Part shown: in pieces, positions 43,516 through 53,187 of the stretch
Layout of the letters: the number at the start of each line of letters is the position of its first letter
Position numbering within the stretch: the first letter of the stretch is position 1
The notes under the pieces: model-generated
Databases searched by the model: none
What the model was told of the DNA's origin: nothing
The model's input: the letters and a program-made list of their open reading frames with translations, nothing else
Program-made: the position numbers and the translations under genes
From: Flavobacteriales bacterium
GTDB taxonomy: Bacteria > Bacteroidota > Bacteroidia > Flavobacteriales_F > PHOS-HE28
Assembly (NCBI GenBank): GCA_026129465.1
Contig: JAHCIA010000001.1
Coordinates: 3,243,583-3,307,582, forward strand
Reading direction: 5' to 3'
DNA length: 64,000 nucleotides

Positions 43516-44276
43516 TCCGGACACTCCCCAAGCGCCGGGTACTCACGGTGGACGTGACCACGGGTACTTTCCAAGAGCAGGTGGCTAGGATCATGGACCA
43601 GGCTGCGGCAGGAAACCCGTCTTACGTGTGTTGCGTGAATGTCCACATGGCCATGGAGGCTCGTGACCCCGGATTCGCTGCCGTGGTGAACGCCGCAGGG
43701 ATGGCCACGCCTGATGGTATGCCCATCGTACGCAGCTTGAAACTCCTGCACGGCATCCGGCAGGATCGGGTGGCTGGCAACGACCTGATGCCAGCCTTGC
43801 TGGCCGAGGCGGCGCGCATGGGGGTCGGGGTGTTCCTCTATGGGGGAGCTGCCGAAACATTGGCCATGATCGTAGCGCGTGCGCGGCAGGAGTTCGTGGG
43901 GATCCGGATCGTGGGCACCTACGCACCGCCGTTCAAACCATTCGCGGAAATGGCGTTCGATGCGGATGCCCGGCGCATCGCCGACTCAGGCGCGGGGCTG
44001 GTCCTCGTGTCGCTCGGGTGCCCCAAGCAGGAACGCTGGATGGCTCAAATGCAGGGTCGTTTCCCGGCTGTGAGCGTCGGCCTGGGTGGTGCCTTTCTAC
44101 TCTACGCTGGCATCGATTCCCGCGCCCCGCGTTGGATGCGCGACCTCTCTTTGGAATGGCTTTATCGCCTGGCTTTGGAGCCCGGAAGGCTTTGGAAACG
44201 CTACCTCATCACCAATACGCGCTTCATCGCCATGTTGGTGGGCGCACTCCTGAGAGGCAGGTCCAGGCGGAAGTGA
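43512..44276 (+). CDS. WecB/TagA/CpsF-family glycosyltransferase (GT26, WecG-like)
   Basis: 254 aa. Family-typical spacing FLYGG....GIRIVG...G.PKQE.... Confidence 0.8.
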   Translation: MIRTLPKRRVLTVDVTTGTFQEQVARIMDQAAAGNPSYVCCVNVHMAMEARDPGFAAVVNAAGMATPDGMPIVRSLKLLHGIRQDRVAGNDLMPALLAEAARMGVGVFLYGGAAETLAMIVARARQEFVGIRIVGTYAPPFKPFAEMAFDADARRIADSGAGLVLVSLGCPKQERWMAQMQGRFPAVSVGLGGAFLLYAGIDSRAPRWMRDLSLEWLYRLALEPGRLWKRYLITNTRFIAMLVGALLRGRSRRK

Positions 44277-44541
44277 TCGACGGAACCGCGATAGGGTTCG
44301 ACGAATATCAACAGGTCTTTCCATTGCCACGCGAATGACCATGGTCAGTGCAATCTTCTGATATCCAGTTGTTTGAGAACCTGGACCGTGGCACCATGTC
44401 CAGGCCTTGGCATGGAGATGAACCGGTTATCAACATCGACGAAAGAATGATTTTGTCCGACGAACTTGACAGGGGTTGAGTGGTCCGATAGCTTTGCGCC
44501 CTGTCGGTGGTCGATCCATCGGCGGTCCGCCCAACCTCCGC

Positions 44542-45684
44542 ATGGACAAGACCACTACGCTTACTCCCGATCTTGGTACCGAGCGCAATGCGCGCACGGA
44601 GTTGGCCAACGACCTTGGCAACCTGCTTCGCGCGAGCCGCTTTTCGCTTCAGCACGTGCAGACCGGCCTCAACAAGGTGCTTACGCTCGAACCACTCACC
44701 TCGGTCAAGGACCTGGTCATCGTGGGCGAAGGCCCGGCGGCCGAAGAGATCTTCCAGTATTGCGAGGACCAGACCGTGCGCGGCTACCGCTTCCGGGGCA
44801 TTTTCTCCGACCGGCCATTGGAGGGCCCCTTGGGCGAACGCCGCGTGGGTGACATCCAGGCAGCCAAAGCCTTCGCATTGCAGAACCGCATCGACATCCT
44901 GTATTGCGCGCTGCCGGGCACGCGCCGCCAGGAGATCACCGACCTGATGGAATTCTGCGAGCGCAATACCATCCGCTTCCGGGTCATCCCCAGTGCGGAG
45001 AGCTTCATTCCTGTGGTGAAGACCAGCGACCTGGAGTTCCATGGAGCCGTGCCGGTGAGCAAGTTGCGCCGCGAACCCTTGGAGAGGGTCTCCGGCCGCA
45101 TCCTCAAGCGGGCCTTCGACCTGGTCTTCTCCACGGCCGTCATCGTGCTGGTGTTCACTTGGCTTTTCCCCTTGCTGGCCCTGTTGGTGAAGCTTTCCAG
45201 CTCCGGCCCGGTCTTCTTCAAACAATCCCGCCTCGGCCGGGACAACAAGCCCTTCACCTGCTGGAAGTTCCGCAGCATGCGCATGAACAAGGAGGCCGAC
45301 AGCAAGCAGGCCACCAAGGACGACCCCCGCGTGACCCGCGTGGGCAGGTTCCTGCGCAAGAGCAACCTGGACGAGATGCCCCAGTTCTTCAATGTGCTGC
45401 TGGGCCACATGAGCGTGGTGGGTCCCCGTCCGCACCCCTTGAAGCTGAACGACCAGTATCGGGACATCATCGACAAATACATGGTACGCCACTTTGTGCG
45501 CCCGGGTATCACCGGTTGGGCCCAGGTGAACGGCCTGCGCGGCGAAACGCGCACCCCTGAACTTATGGAACGCCGGGTGGAACTTGATGTCTGGTACCTG
45601 GAGAACTGGTCCTTCTGGCTTGACCTGCGGATCGTGGTGCTCACCGTGACCCGGATGTTCGGCAAGGACCCCAACGCCTATTGA
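44542..45684 (+). CDS. Polyprenyl-phosphate sugar phosphotransferase (bacterial sugar transferase, WbaP/EpsL-like priming enzyme)
   Basis: ORF 44476..45684 with the first ATG at 44542. The C-terminal catalytic domain has KRAFDLV..., PVFFKQSRLG, KFRSM and DE.PQF.NVL.G.MS.VGPRP. Confidence 0.75.
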   Translation: MDKTTTLTPDLGTERNARTELANDLGNLLRASRFSLQHVQTGLNKVLTLEPLTSVKDLVIVGEGPAAEEIFQYCEDQTVRGYRFRGIFSDRPLEGPLGERRVGDIQAAKAFALQNRIDILYCALPGTRRQEITDLMEFCERNTIRFRVIPSAESFIPVVKTSDLEFHGAVPVSKLRREPLERVSGRILKRAFDLVFSTAVIVLVFTWLFPLLALLVKLSSSGPVFFKQSRLGRDNKPFTCWKFRSMRMNKEADSKQATKDDPRVTRVGRFLRKSNLDEMPQFFNVLLGHMSVVGPRPHPLKLNDQYRDIIDKYMVRHFVRPGITGWAQVNGLRGETRTPELMERRVELDVWYLENWSFWLDLRIVVLTVTRMFGKDPNAY

Positions 45685-45779
45685 GCTTCTCCCCCGGTCT
45701 TTTCACCCAACCGGTTCTTCGGGAAGGCAAGACCGCTATATTTGCGGCCCCTCGCCAGGGGGCAAGACCGAAAAACACG

Positions 45780-46034
45780 ATGGCCAATCACAAGTCAGCA
45801 CTCAAGCGGATCCGCCAGACGGAGACCCGCAACGAGTTGAACCGCTACCAGCACAAGACCACGCGGAACGCCTTGCGCAAGCTGCGCGGCACCGAGGACA
45901 AGAAGGAGGCGGAGAAGCTCCTCCCGGAGGTGTCCTCCATGCTGGACAAGCTCGCCAAGCGGAACATCATCCACCGCAACAAGGCCGCCAACCTCAAGTC
46001 GTCCATCCAGAAACACGTCAGCGGGCTGAAGTGA
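45780..46034 (+). CDS. rpsT: 30S ribosomal protein S20
   Basis: 84 aa (MANHKSALKRIRQTETRN...). Start at M34 of ORF 45681..46034. Confidence 0.9.
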   Translation: MANHKSALKRIRQTETRNELNRYQHKTTRNALRKLRGTEDKKEAEKLLPEVSSMLDKLAKRNIIHRNKAANLKSSIQKHVSGLK

Positions 46035-46054
46035 TCCCGCACGTGGCTTACCTT

Positions 46055-46088
46055 GGACAGGTCCTCCATCGGGGGACCTGTTCTTTTT
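46055..46088 (+). terminator. Rho-independent terminator after rpsT
   Basis: 10-bp stem (ggacaggtcc / ggacctgttc) with a 9-nt loop, followed by TTTTT. It ends about 8 nt before the radC ATG. Confidence 0.6.
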
Positions 46089-46095
46089 CCAGCCC

Positions 46096-46803
46096 ATGAG
46101 CGAACAGGAGGCACCGGAAAGCCGGCGAAGCATACGGGAATGGGCCGAGGATGACAGGCCCCGCGAGAAGCTCATGACCCTGGGCGCCGGAGCGCTTTCC
46201 AACGCCGAGTTGATCGCCATCCTCATCCGCAGCGGCAGTCAGCGGGAAAGTGCCTTGGACCTGGCCAAGCGCCTGTTGGGCGACCTGGGCGATGACCTCA
46301 ACACCCTGGGCCGTGCAGGTGTGGCCGATCTCACACGATACAAGGGGCTGGGGGAGGCGAAAGCCATCAGCATCGTGGCGGCTCTGGAATTGGGCCGGCG
46401 CCAAAGGGCCACAGGTCCGAAGGAGCGCCCGCTGATCGCCACCAGCCAACATGCCCTCGAAGCGATCCGCCATCGCCTTGCCGATCTGGCGCATGAGGAG
46501 TTCTGGCTGTTGATGATGGACCGGGGCAATCGGCTCATCGGCGACCAACGCGTGAGCCAGGGAGGCATCCATGGCACCGTGGCCGACCCGAAGGTCATTT
46601 TCAAGAAAGCGCTGGACCATCGGGCCTCATCGGTGATCCTATGCCACAACCACCCCAGCGGCCAATTGCGCCCCAGCGAGGAGGATATCAAACTCACCCG
46701 CAAACTCACGGACGGTGGCCGGCTGTTGGATATCACCGTGCAGGACCACCTGATCGTCACCTCCACCGGTTACTTCAGCTTCGCCGACAACGGCATGATG
46801 TAG
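46096..46803 (+). CDS. radC: RadC-family JAB/MPN domain protein
   Basis: 235 aa. HhH region followed by a JAMM motif (HNHPSG..PS..D). Confidence 0.85.
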   Translation: MSEQEAPESRRSIREWAEDDRPREKLMTLGAGALSNAELIAILIRSGSQRESALDLAKRLLGDLGDDLNTLGRAGVADLTRYKGLGEAKAISIVAALELGRRQRATGPKERPLIATSQHALEAIRHRLADLAHEEFWLLMMDRGNRLIGDQRVSQGGIHGTVADPKVIFKKALDHRASSVILCHNHPSGQLRPSEEDIKLTRKLTDGGRLLDITVQDHLIVTSTGYFSFADNGMM

Positions 46804-47952
46804 ATGGCGGGTCCTCTGCGCATTCTCACGGTGGTGGGCGCCCGCCCGCAGATCATCAAGGCCGCGGCCGTCAGCAGGGCTTTCGCCGCTGCGGGTGCTT
46901 CGCGTTTGGCCGAGACCATCCTGCACACCGGCCAGCACTATGATGACAGCATGTCGCGGGTGTTCTTCAGGGAGCTTGGAATTCCCGATCCGCGGATCCA
47001 GCTGGGTGTGGGGTCGGGCAACCATGGGGCGCAGACCGCGCGCATGCTGGAAGGCATTGAGCAGGCCTTGGACAAGGTGAGGCCCGATCTGATGCTGGTG
47101 TACGGTGACACGAACAGCACACTCGCCGCATCGCTGGTGGCGGCCAAGGCGCATGTGCCGCTGGCGCATGTGGAAGCGGGCCTTCGCTCCTTCGACAAGT
47201 CCATGCCCGAGGAGGTGAACCGCATCGTGTGCGACCACTGTTCAACCTGGCTTTTCTGCCCGACACCGGCCGCTGTGGACAACCTGGTCAAGGAGGGCTT
47301 CAACAGCGACCGGAAGGGTGTGCCCAATGCCGATCATCCCGCTGTGCTGCTTGTTGGCGATGTGATGTACGACAACAGCCTGTACTTCGCCGGGATCGCG
47401 GATCAACGCAGCACCCTTTTGAAGGAACTCGGATTGGAGCGCGAGGGGTTCTTCCTGGCCACGGTACACCGTGCGCACAACACGGACGATCCGGTCAGGT
47501 TGAAGGCCATCATGGAGGCGCTGGTCGCCGTGCATGCGACGCATGGGCTTCCCGTGGTACTGCCCCTTCATCCGCGCACGAAGGACCGGTTGGAAACCTT
47601 GGACAACGGGGCGTGGTGGCGCAGCTTGAAGGCGAGCAAAGCGCTGCAGCTGGTCCCGCCGGTCGGATTTCTTGACATGGTGGCGCTGGAGCGCGGTGCC
47701 AGGCTGGTGCTCACCGATTCGGGTGGCGTACAGAAGGAGGCCTTCTTCTTCGGGAAACCCGTGGTGGTGCTGCGCGCCGAGACCGAATGGGTGGAACTGG
47801 TGGAGCATGGCCAGGCGCGTCTGGCGGACGCCGATCCGGAGCGGATCCTGACGGCCGTGGGCGCATTTCTCGCCGCACCATGGGGCGGGGCCCCCGCGTT
47901 GTATGGCGACGGCCATGCGGCGGAGCGCATCAGCCAGGTGCTCGTCGGTTGA
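46804..47952 (+). CDS. wecB: UDP-N-acetylglucosamine 2-epimerase (non-hydrolysing)
   Basis: 382 aa with a highly conserved N-terminus (RPQIIK...HTGQHYD). The start abuts the radC stop (TAGATG). Confidence 0.9.
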   Translation: MAGPLRILTVVGARPQIIKAAAVSRAFAAAGASRLAETILHTGQHYDDSMSRVFFRELGIPDPRIQLGVGSGNHGAQTARMLEGIEQALDKVRPDLMLVYGDTNSTLAASLVAAKAHVPLAHVEAGLRSFDKSMPEEVNRIVCDHCSTWLFCPTPAAVDNLVKEGFNSDRKGVPNADHPAVLLVGDVMYDNSLYFAGIADQRSTLLKELGLEREGFFLATVHRAHNTDDPVRLKAIMEALVAVHATHGLPVVLPLHPRTKDRLETLDNGAWWRSLKASKALQLVPPVGFLDMVALERGARLVLTDSGGVQKEAFFFGKPVVVLRAETEWVELVEHGQARLADADPERILTAVGAFLAAPWGGAPALYGDGHAAERISQVLVG

Positions 47953-47985
47953 CCGGTACACGCCGCCTACCTTGGCCCGAACAGG

Positions 47986-49305
47986 ATGGCCACCGAGAAA
48001 CCCAGGGTCCATGTGTACATCGAGAAACCTGCGCCGCGGGCCGTGTATGCTGTGCGTGAGCTGCTCGGAGGTGTGCTTGGTCTGGAGGTCGTGCAGCATA
48101 CCGATCCCGCATCGTGCGCCACGGCTGATGGTGCGAAACTGAGCTATGGTGAAGCGGAAGTTCCCGGTGCCTTCCGGGTCACGCCTGCGGGTCTGTTGCA
48201 GGAGGAGGGCGTTCGCCCCCTGGAACCGAAGGTCACCGTCCACCATGGGTTGCCGACCATGTTCCCGGTGGAAGGCGGCGCCCTTCCATTCGACCCCTTC
48301 GCAGCGGCTTTCTACATGTGGACCCGGTATGAGGAAGTCGCCGGTATGGAGTCCGACTCGCATGGCCGGCCGGTCACCACTGGTTTGCATGCCGCACGCC
48401 ATGGACACCTCGAGCGGCCCGTGGTGGATGAATGGGCCGCGCGCCTGGTCGAAGCATGGCGGGCCGCCGATCCGGGTCTGCTGCTGGTGAAGCGCCGGTA
48501 CACACAGACCTGCACCATCGATCTGGACCGCGGATTCAAATACCTCGGGAGACCCTGGTGGCGCCAAGTCGCGGGTCTTTTGCGTGATGCCGGAAGTGGC
48601 GATCGAAGGGCCGTGGCGGAACGGATCCGGGTCCTTGCTGGCAGGATGCGCGATCCCTATGACGTGTATGCGGAGCTTGCCCGGGTGCTGCCCCGCCATG
48701 CGCAACGCACCATCTTCTTCGCACTGAGCGCACCACCAGGACCCATGGACCATGCGGTGCCGGTCCGCAACAAGCACTATCGGCAGCGGTTGATCGGCCT
48801 CTCCAACTGGGCCGAGGTGGGTGTCCATCCCGGCTATGACAGCAGCGAGATCGTGGAGCACATCGGACGTGACATCCAGGCGCTTGCCGCCGCCATCGGG
48901 CTGCCGGTCCATGTGGGCCGGCAACATTTCCTCCGCATGCGGATCCCGTTCACCTACCGCGAGTTGGAGAAGGCCGGCATTCGCGAGGACCACAGCATGG
49001 GCCTGCACGATCGGATCGGTTTTCGTGCCGGCACCTGCACACCTTACCGCTGGTACGATCTGCAGCAGGAGTGCGCCACCGAACTGATGGTCCATCCTTT
49101 CGCCGTGATGGACGACGCGCTGCACCGCAAGATGGGCCTGGCACCGGACGCGGCGGTGGACCAGGTGCGCCATGTGGTGGACCGCGTGCGGGCCGTGTCG
49201 GGCAGCTTCGTAGGTCTGTACCACGAGGCCTATCTCGGCGACGATCCCACGCTCGCTGGATGGCGGGCGGCCATACACCGCATCATTGAAGAAGCGCGCC
49301 CATGA
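47986..49305 (+). CDS. Hypothetical protein, possibly polysaccharide-deacetylase-like (WalW-type)
   Basis: 439 aa. Only weak resemblance to CE4-like proteins found in Bacteroidota polysaccharide loci. The call is uncertain. Confidence 0.35.
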   Translation: MATEKPRVHVYIEKPAPRAVYAVRELLGGVLGLEVVQHTDPASCATADGAKLSYGEAEVPGAFRVTPAGLLQEEGVRPLEPKVTVHHGLPTMFPVEGGALPFDPFAAAFYMWTRYEEVAGMESDSHGRPVTTGLHAARHGHLERPVVDEWAARLVEAWRAADPGLLLVKRRYTQTCTIDLDRGFKYLGRPWWRQVAGLLRDAGSGDRRAVAERIRVLAGRMRDPYDVYAELARVLPRHAQRTIFFALSAPPGPMDHAVPVRNKHYRQRLIGLSNWAEVGVHPGYDSSEIVEHIGRDIQALAAAIGLPVHVGRQHFLRMRIPFTYRELEKAGIREDHSMGLHDRIGFRAGTCTPYRWYDLQQECATELMVHPFAVMDDALHRKMGLAPDAAVDQVRHVVDRVRAVSGSFVGLYHEAYLGDDPTLAGWRAAIHRIIEEARP

Positions 49306-50204
49306 CCCATCACCTGCGGCACGGTGATATCGACAAGGACCAGTGGGACGCGCTGCTGATGCGTTGCGCCGATCGCCTGTGGTACGCGCAAAGTTGGGTG
49401 CTTGATCTCGCTTGCCCAGGTTGGGAAGCCTTGGTGGACGAGGACAATGGCACGATCATGCCGTTGACCTGCCGCACCAAGTGGGGCATCCGCTACCTCT
49501 TCCAGCCGCTGGGCCTGCAACAACTCGGTGTGTTCTCGCCCGCACCTTCAGCTGCGGACCATGCCCATTTTCTGCGCGCCATACCGAAGCCATACCGCTA
49601 CGCGGATATCCACTTGAACATCGTCGGGGTGGACCAGCGGGTACCGGACTTCACCTTCGAGCAGCGGACAAACCAGGTCCTTGCCTTGGATCGTCCGATC
49701 GGGGAGTTGCGCGCGGCCTACGCGCAGGGCCATCGGCGCAATCTGCGCGCCGCGGATGGATCGATGCGCATCACGGCCATGCCGGTTGCCGCGTTCGCCC
49801 AATTGTTCCGGGCCACCACGGGCGCCCGATATGGGCCTTCCTCGCTGAAAGGATTCGATGCTTTCACACATGTCATGCAAGCGGGTGTAGACTTTGGCCA
49901 ATGCGAGATCGTGGCGCTCAGCGATGCGCAGGGTCCCGTGGCCGCGGCCTGCTTCGCCGAATGGCAGGGGCGGTGCATCCTGCTGAAATCGGCCAACACG
50001 GAAAGGGGTCTGGCCGCACGCGCCATGTTCCGCATCGTGGACGACCGCCTCGCACGGCATGCGGGCACAGGGATGCTGCTCGACTTCGCCGGATCGATGA
50101 CGCCATCTGTGGCGCGCTTCAATGCAGGGTTCGGGGCGGTGGATGCGCCCTACCTTCGCGCGGTGATGAACAGACTGCCGTGGCCCCTGCGGTGGCTCAA
50201 GTGA
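49302..50204 (+). CDS. Hypothetical protein, putative GNAT/FemAB-like acyltransferase
   Basis: 300 aa, translationally coupled to the upstream gene. No diagnostic motif confirmed. Confidence 0.35.
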   Translation: MTHHLRHGDIDKDQWDALLMRCADRLWYAQSWVLDLACPGWEALVDEDNGTIMPLTCRTKWGIRYLFQPLGLQQLGVFSPAPSAADHAHFLRAIPKPYRYADIHLNIVGVDQRVPDFTFEQRTNQVLALDRPIGELRAAYAQGHRRNLRAADGSMRITAMPVAAFAQLFRATTGARYGPSSLKGFDAFTHVMQAGVDFGQCEIVALSDAQGPVAAACFAEWQGRCILLKSANTERGLAARAMFRIVDDRLARHAGTGMLLDFAGSMTPSVARFNAGFGAVDAPYLRAVMNRLPWPLRWLK

Positions 50205-50206
50205 CG

Positions 50207-50863
50207 ATGCCCATGGTATTCGAACTGGTGAAAAGGCCCAGCGTGGCCAACCACTTCCTCGCCGAGTTGCGTGATGTGGCGGTGCAGAAGGATCCCATGC
50301 GTTTCCGCCGCAACCTGGAGAGGCTGGGCGAAGCACTGGCTTTGGAACTGAGCCGCACCATGCCGTTCTCGGAACAGGAAGTGACCACGCCATTGGGCAT
50401 CGCCCGCGTGCAGCTCCTTGCCGAGCAACCCGTTCTCAGCACCATCCTCCGTGCCGGCCTGCCCATGCACCAGGGCATGTTGAACGTGTTCGACCGGGCG
50501 GACAACGCCTTCATCAGCGCCTACCGCAAGCACCGCAAAGGCACGGATGAGTTCGACATCGAGGTGGAGTACCTCTCCAGCCCGAGCTTGGAGGACCGTG
50601 TGCTGGTGTTGTGCGACCCCATGCTCGCCACGGGGCAGAGCATGGTGCTTGTATACAAGGCCTTGCTGCGCATGGGCAAGCCGCGCGAATTGCATGTGGT
50701 GTCCGCCATCGCCAGTGCCGAGGGGCTCGCCTATGCCCGTCTGCACCTGCCGCCCGGCACGCGTTTCTGGGTCGGTGCCATCGACGAGGAGATGACCGCG
50801 CAGGCCTATATCGTCCCCGGCCTGGGCGATGCCGGCGACCTGGCCTACGGCGAGAAAGCCTGA
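50207..50863 (+). CDS. upp: Uracil phosphoribosyltransferase
   Basis: Start at the ATG at 50207 within ORF 49412..50863. The PRPP-binding motif is VLVLCDPMLATGQS. Confidence 0.85.
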   Translation: MPMVFELVKRPSVANHFLAELRDVAVQKDPMRFRRNLERLGEALALELSRTMPFSEQEVTTPLGIARVQLLAEQPVLSTILRAGLPMHQGMLNVFDRADNAFISAYRKHRKGTDEFDIEVEYLSSPSLEDRVLVLCDPMLATGQSMVLVYKALLRMGKPRELHVVSAIASAEGLAYARLHLPPGTRFWVGAIDEEMTAQAYIVPGLGDAGDLAYGEKA

Positions 50864-50867
50864 AGCC

Positions 50868-51311
50868 ATGGGCGCCATCGCGGAGATCTTCTCCATCCTG
50901 GTCACCAGCATGGTCAAGTTCGCCTTTTCGCCTCTGCTGGCCTACCAGCTTGGCTATGGCTTCCTGGATACGCTGATGATCACGGCCCTGGGCGGCTGCT
51001 GCGGCGTGCTGTTGTTCTATGGCGCCAGCGGCTGGCTGATGGAGCGCGCCCGGCGGAAGCGCGTCGCGCGCGAACTGGCCGGTGCCGCCCGCAAGCGCTC
51101 GTTCACCCGCACCAACCGCATGATCGTGCGCGTGAAGCGGCGCGGACTCGGTGGCCTGGCGGCGATCACACCGGCCATCCTCTCCATTCCCATCGGGTCC
51201 ATCATCGCCGCCAAGTACTACCGGGACGACCGTCGCACCCTGCCCATGCTGCTGGTATCCGTGCTCGCCTGGGCCATCCTACTCAGTGGATTCTGGACCT
51301 TCGCGAGGTGA
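50868..51311 (+). CDS. Hypothetical small membrane protein (3-4 TM)
   Basis: Start at M14 of ORF 50829..51311. Hydrophobic helices flank a basic loop (RRKRVARELAGAARKR). Confidence 0.45.
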   Translation: MGAIAEIFSILVTSMVKFAFSPLLAYQLGYGFLDTLMITALGGCCGVLLFYGASGWLMERARRKRVARELAGAARKRSFTRTNRMIVRVKRRGLGGLAAITPAILSIPIGSIIAAKYYRDDRRTLPMLLVSVLAWAILLSGFWTFAR

Positions 51312-52003
51312 GGCGCTACCGGCACATCTTCTTCGATCTGGACCACACCCTGTGGGACTTCCGCACCAACTCGCGCGCGACGTTGGAAGAACTCCATCGG
51401 GACGAGGGACTGCGAGCCATGGGCGTCACGGATTTGGAAGCATTCATCGCCACTTACGAGGAGGTGAACACCGTGCTATGGGGCCGCTACGAGCGCGGAC
51501 GGTTGCACCGCGATGTGCTGCGCGTGCTGCGCTTCACCAACACGCTGCGCGCATTCGGCATACGCGATGAGAAACTGGCGGTGCGACTAGGGCGTGCTTA
51601 TCTGGAGCGATGCCCATTGCGCACCGCGCTCATGCCCGGCGCGCTGGAACTGTTGCACGAACTGCGGCCCACGCACGGTCTGCACATCATCACCAATGGC
51701 TTCGATGAGGTGCAGCGCACCAAGCTCACCGCGAGTGGCATCGCGCATCTCTTCGGGGCCGTCATCACCAGCGAGCGCGCGGGCGCCCGCAAACCCGACC
51801 CGCGCATCTTCGCCAAGGCGCTGCACGATGCCGGCGCCGAAGCGCAGGAGAGTCTGATGGTGGGCGATGACCGCGAAGCCGACATGGCCGGCGCGCGTGG
51901 ATCGGGTCTGGACCATGCGCATTTCGCGGCGGAGACCGAACCGGACCCCCTGGCCACCTACCGCATACGCGACATGCACGAGCTGCGCGCGATCCTGTGC
52001 TGA
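51308..52003 (+). CDS. HAD-family hydrolase (YjjG-like pyrimidine 5'-nucleotidase subfamily)
   Basis: 231 aa with a GTG start overlapping the upstream stop. HAD motif I (FFDLDHTLWD), motif III (K at ARKPDP) and motif IV (GDD). Confidence 0.75.
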   Translation: MRRYRHIFFDLDHTLWDFRTNSRATLEELHRDEGLRAMGVTDLEAFIATYEEVNTVLWGRYERGRLHRDVLRVLRFTNTLRAFGIRDEKLAVRLGRAYLERCPLRTALMPGALELLHELRPTHGLHIITNGFDEVQRTKLTASGIAHLFGAVITSERAGARKPDPRIFAKALHDAGAEAQESLMVGDDREADMAGARGSGLDHAHFAAETEPDPLATYRIRDMHELRAILC

Positions 52004-52477
52004 TCAGTCCGGAATGAAGCGGTAGACCATCACCTGCCGCTTGCCGGTGATATGGCTTTGACGCAACAGGCTCAGGTCTCCCTCGGGCGTGATGTTGCCG
52101 CTGTAGGAGATCTCGCCGCGGCGTGGTGTGGTCACGAAGAAGAGGCTGTCGTTGCGCACGTCCACCATCACGTTGTAGTGGCCACGGTCCGGGTCGGGCA
52201 CCGCATCGCGCACCAGGTTCCCCGGCAGCTCATCCTCGATCTGCCGCACTCCATTGATCAACACCGCGTTGCCTTCCGGGAACAGCCGGATGAGGTAGAC
52301 GATGTCGGCGGCCTCCGACTTGTAGTAGCCATCATAACGCGTGGAGAGGCCCTCGAATGGACCGGTGCGTGGCGATGATGGCTTGTTGTTCCCTTCCGTC
52401 GCAGCACCGGTGTCGCTTCCGCCACAAGCCGCCAGGAGTGAGATGAACAAGAGGCAGGGGATGTTCGCTGGTCGCAT
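52004..52477 (-). CDS. Hypothetical lipoprotein
   Basis: 157 aa. Lipobox LLAACGG. No family recognised. Confidence 0.5.
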   Translation of the reverse strand: MRPANIPCLLFISLLAACGGSDTGAATEGNNKPSSPRTGPFEGLSTRYDGYYKSEAADIVYLIRLFPEGNAVLINGVRQIEDELPGNLVRDAVPDPDRGHYNVMVDVRNDSLFFVTTPRRGEISYSGNITPEGDLSLLRQSHITGKRQVMVYRFIPD

Positions 52478-52481
52478 GGGG

Positions 52482-53144
52482 TCAATTCCTGAATCGTGCG
52501 ATCGCCGTGGAGGTGCCGGTGACCTTTTGTCCGATGCTCACGGTCACTTCCGCATCAAGGGGGAGGAACACGTCCACGCGCGACCCGAACTTGATGAAGC
52601 CGAACTCGCCGCCTTGAGCAACGGTCTCCCCTTCACGGCTGTAGGTGCAGATGCGCCGGGCCAGTGCTCCCGCGATCTGCCGGAAGAGCACTTCGCCATG
52701 CCTGGGGTGCTGCACAACCACGGTGCTGCGCTCGTTCTCGGTGCTGCTCTTCGGGTGCCAGGCCACCAGATATTTGCCCGGGTGATACTTGAAGTATGAC
52801 GTGGTGCCCTTGACGGGATACCAGTTCACATGCACGTTCAACGGCGACATGAAGATGCTCACCTGCCTGCGGCGGTCGCCGAAGTACTCCAGTTCCTCCA
52901 CCTCTTCGATCGCCACCACCTTGCCATCGGCGGGAGCCATCACCTGGCCATCGTCCAGCAAAGGGGTCCGTTTGGGCACCCGGAAGAAATGGAATACCAG
53001 GCCCAGGACGGCGAGCAATGCGATGGTGACCGCGATGATGACGACCTTGGGCAACACGGGCCATTGCCACATTGCGAACAGGGCGAAACAGACCAGTGCG
53101 GTGACGAGGAGCAGGGTGGGAGTCCCTTCGCGGTGCAGGCGCAT
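52482..53144 (-). CDS. psd: Phosphatidylserine decarboxylase proenzyme (short, archaeal-type Psd)
   Basis: ORF 52482..53264 with the start moved to M41 (N-terminal TM, then GKYLVAWHPKSS...FGSRVD with the LGS/GSR-like self-cleavage region). Confidence 0.75.
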   Translation of the reverse strand: MRLHREGTPTLLLVTALVCFALFAMWQWPVLPKVVIIAVTIALLAVLGLVFHFFRVPKRTPLLDDGQVMAPADGKVVAIEEVEELEYFGDRRRQVSIFMSPLNVHVNWYPVKGTTSYFKYHPGKYLVAWHPKSSTENERSTVVVQHPRHGEVLFRQIAGALARRICTYSREGETVAQGGEFGFIKFGSRVDVFLPLDAEVTVSIGQKVTGTSTAIARFRN

Positions 53145-53187
53145 GGGCGTAGACGAGCGGCCCAAAGATAGCCGGGCGTTCCAGCCG

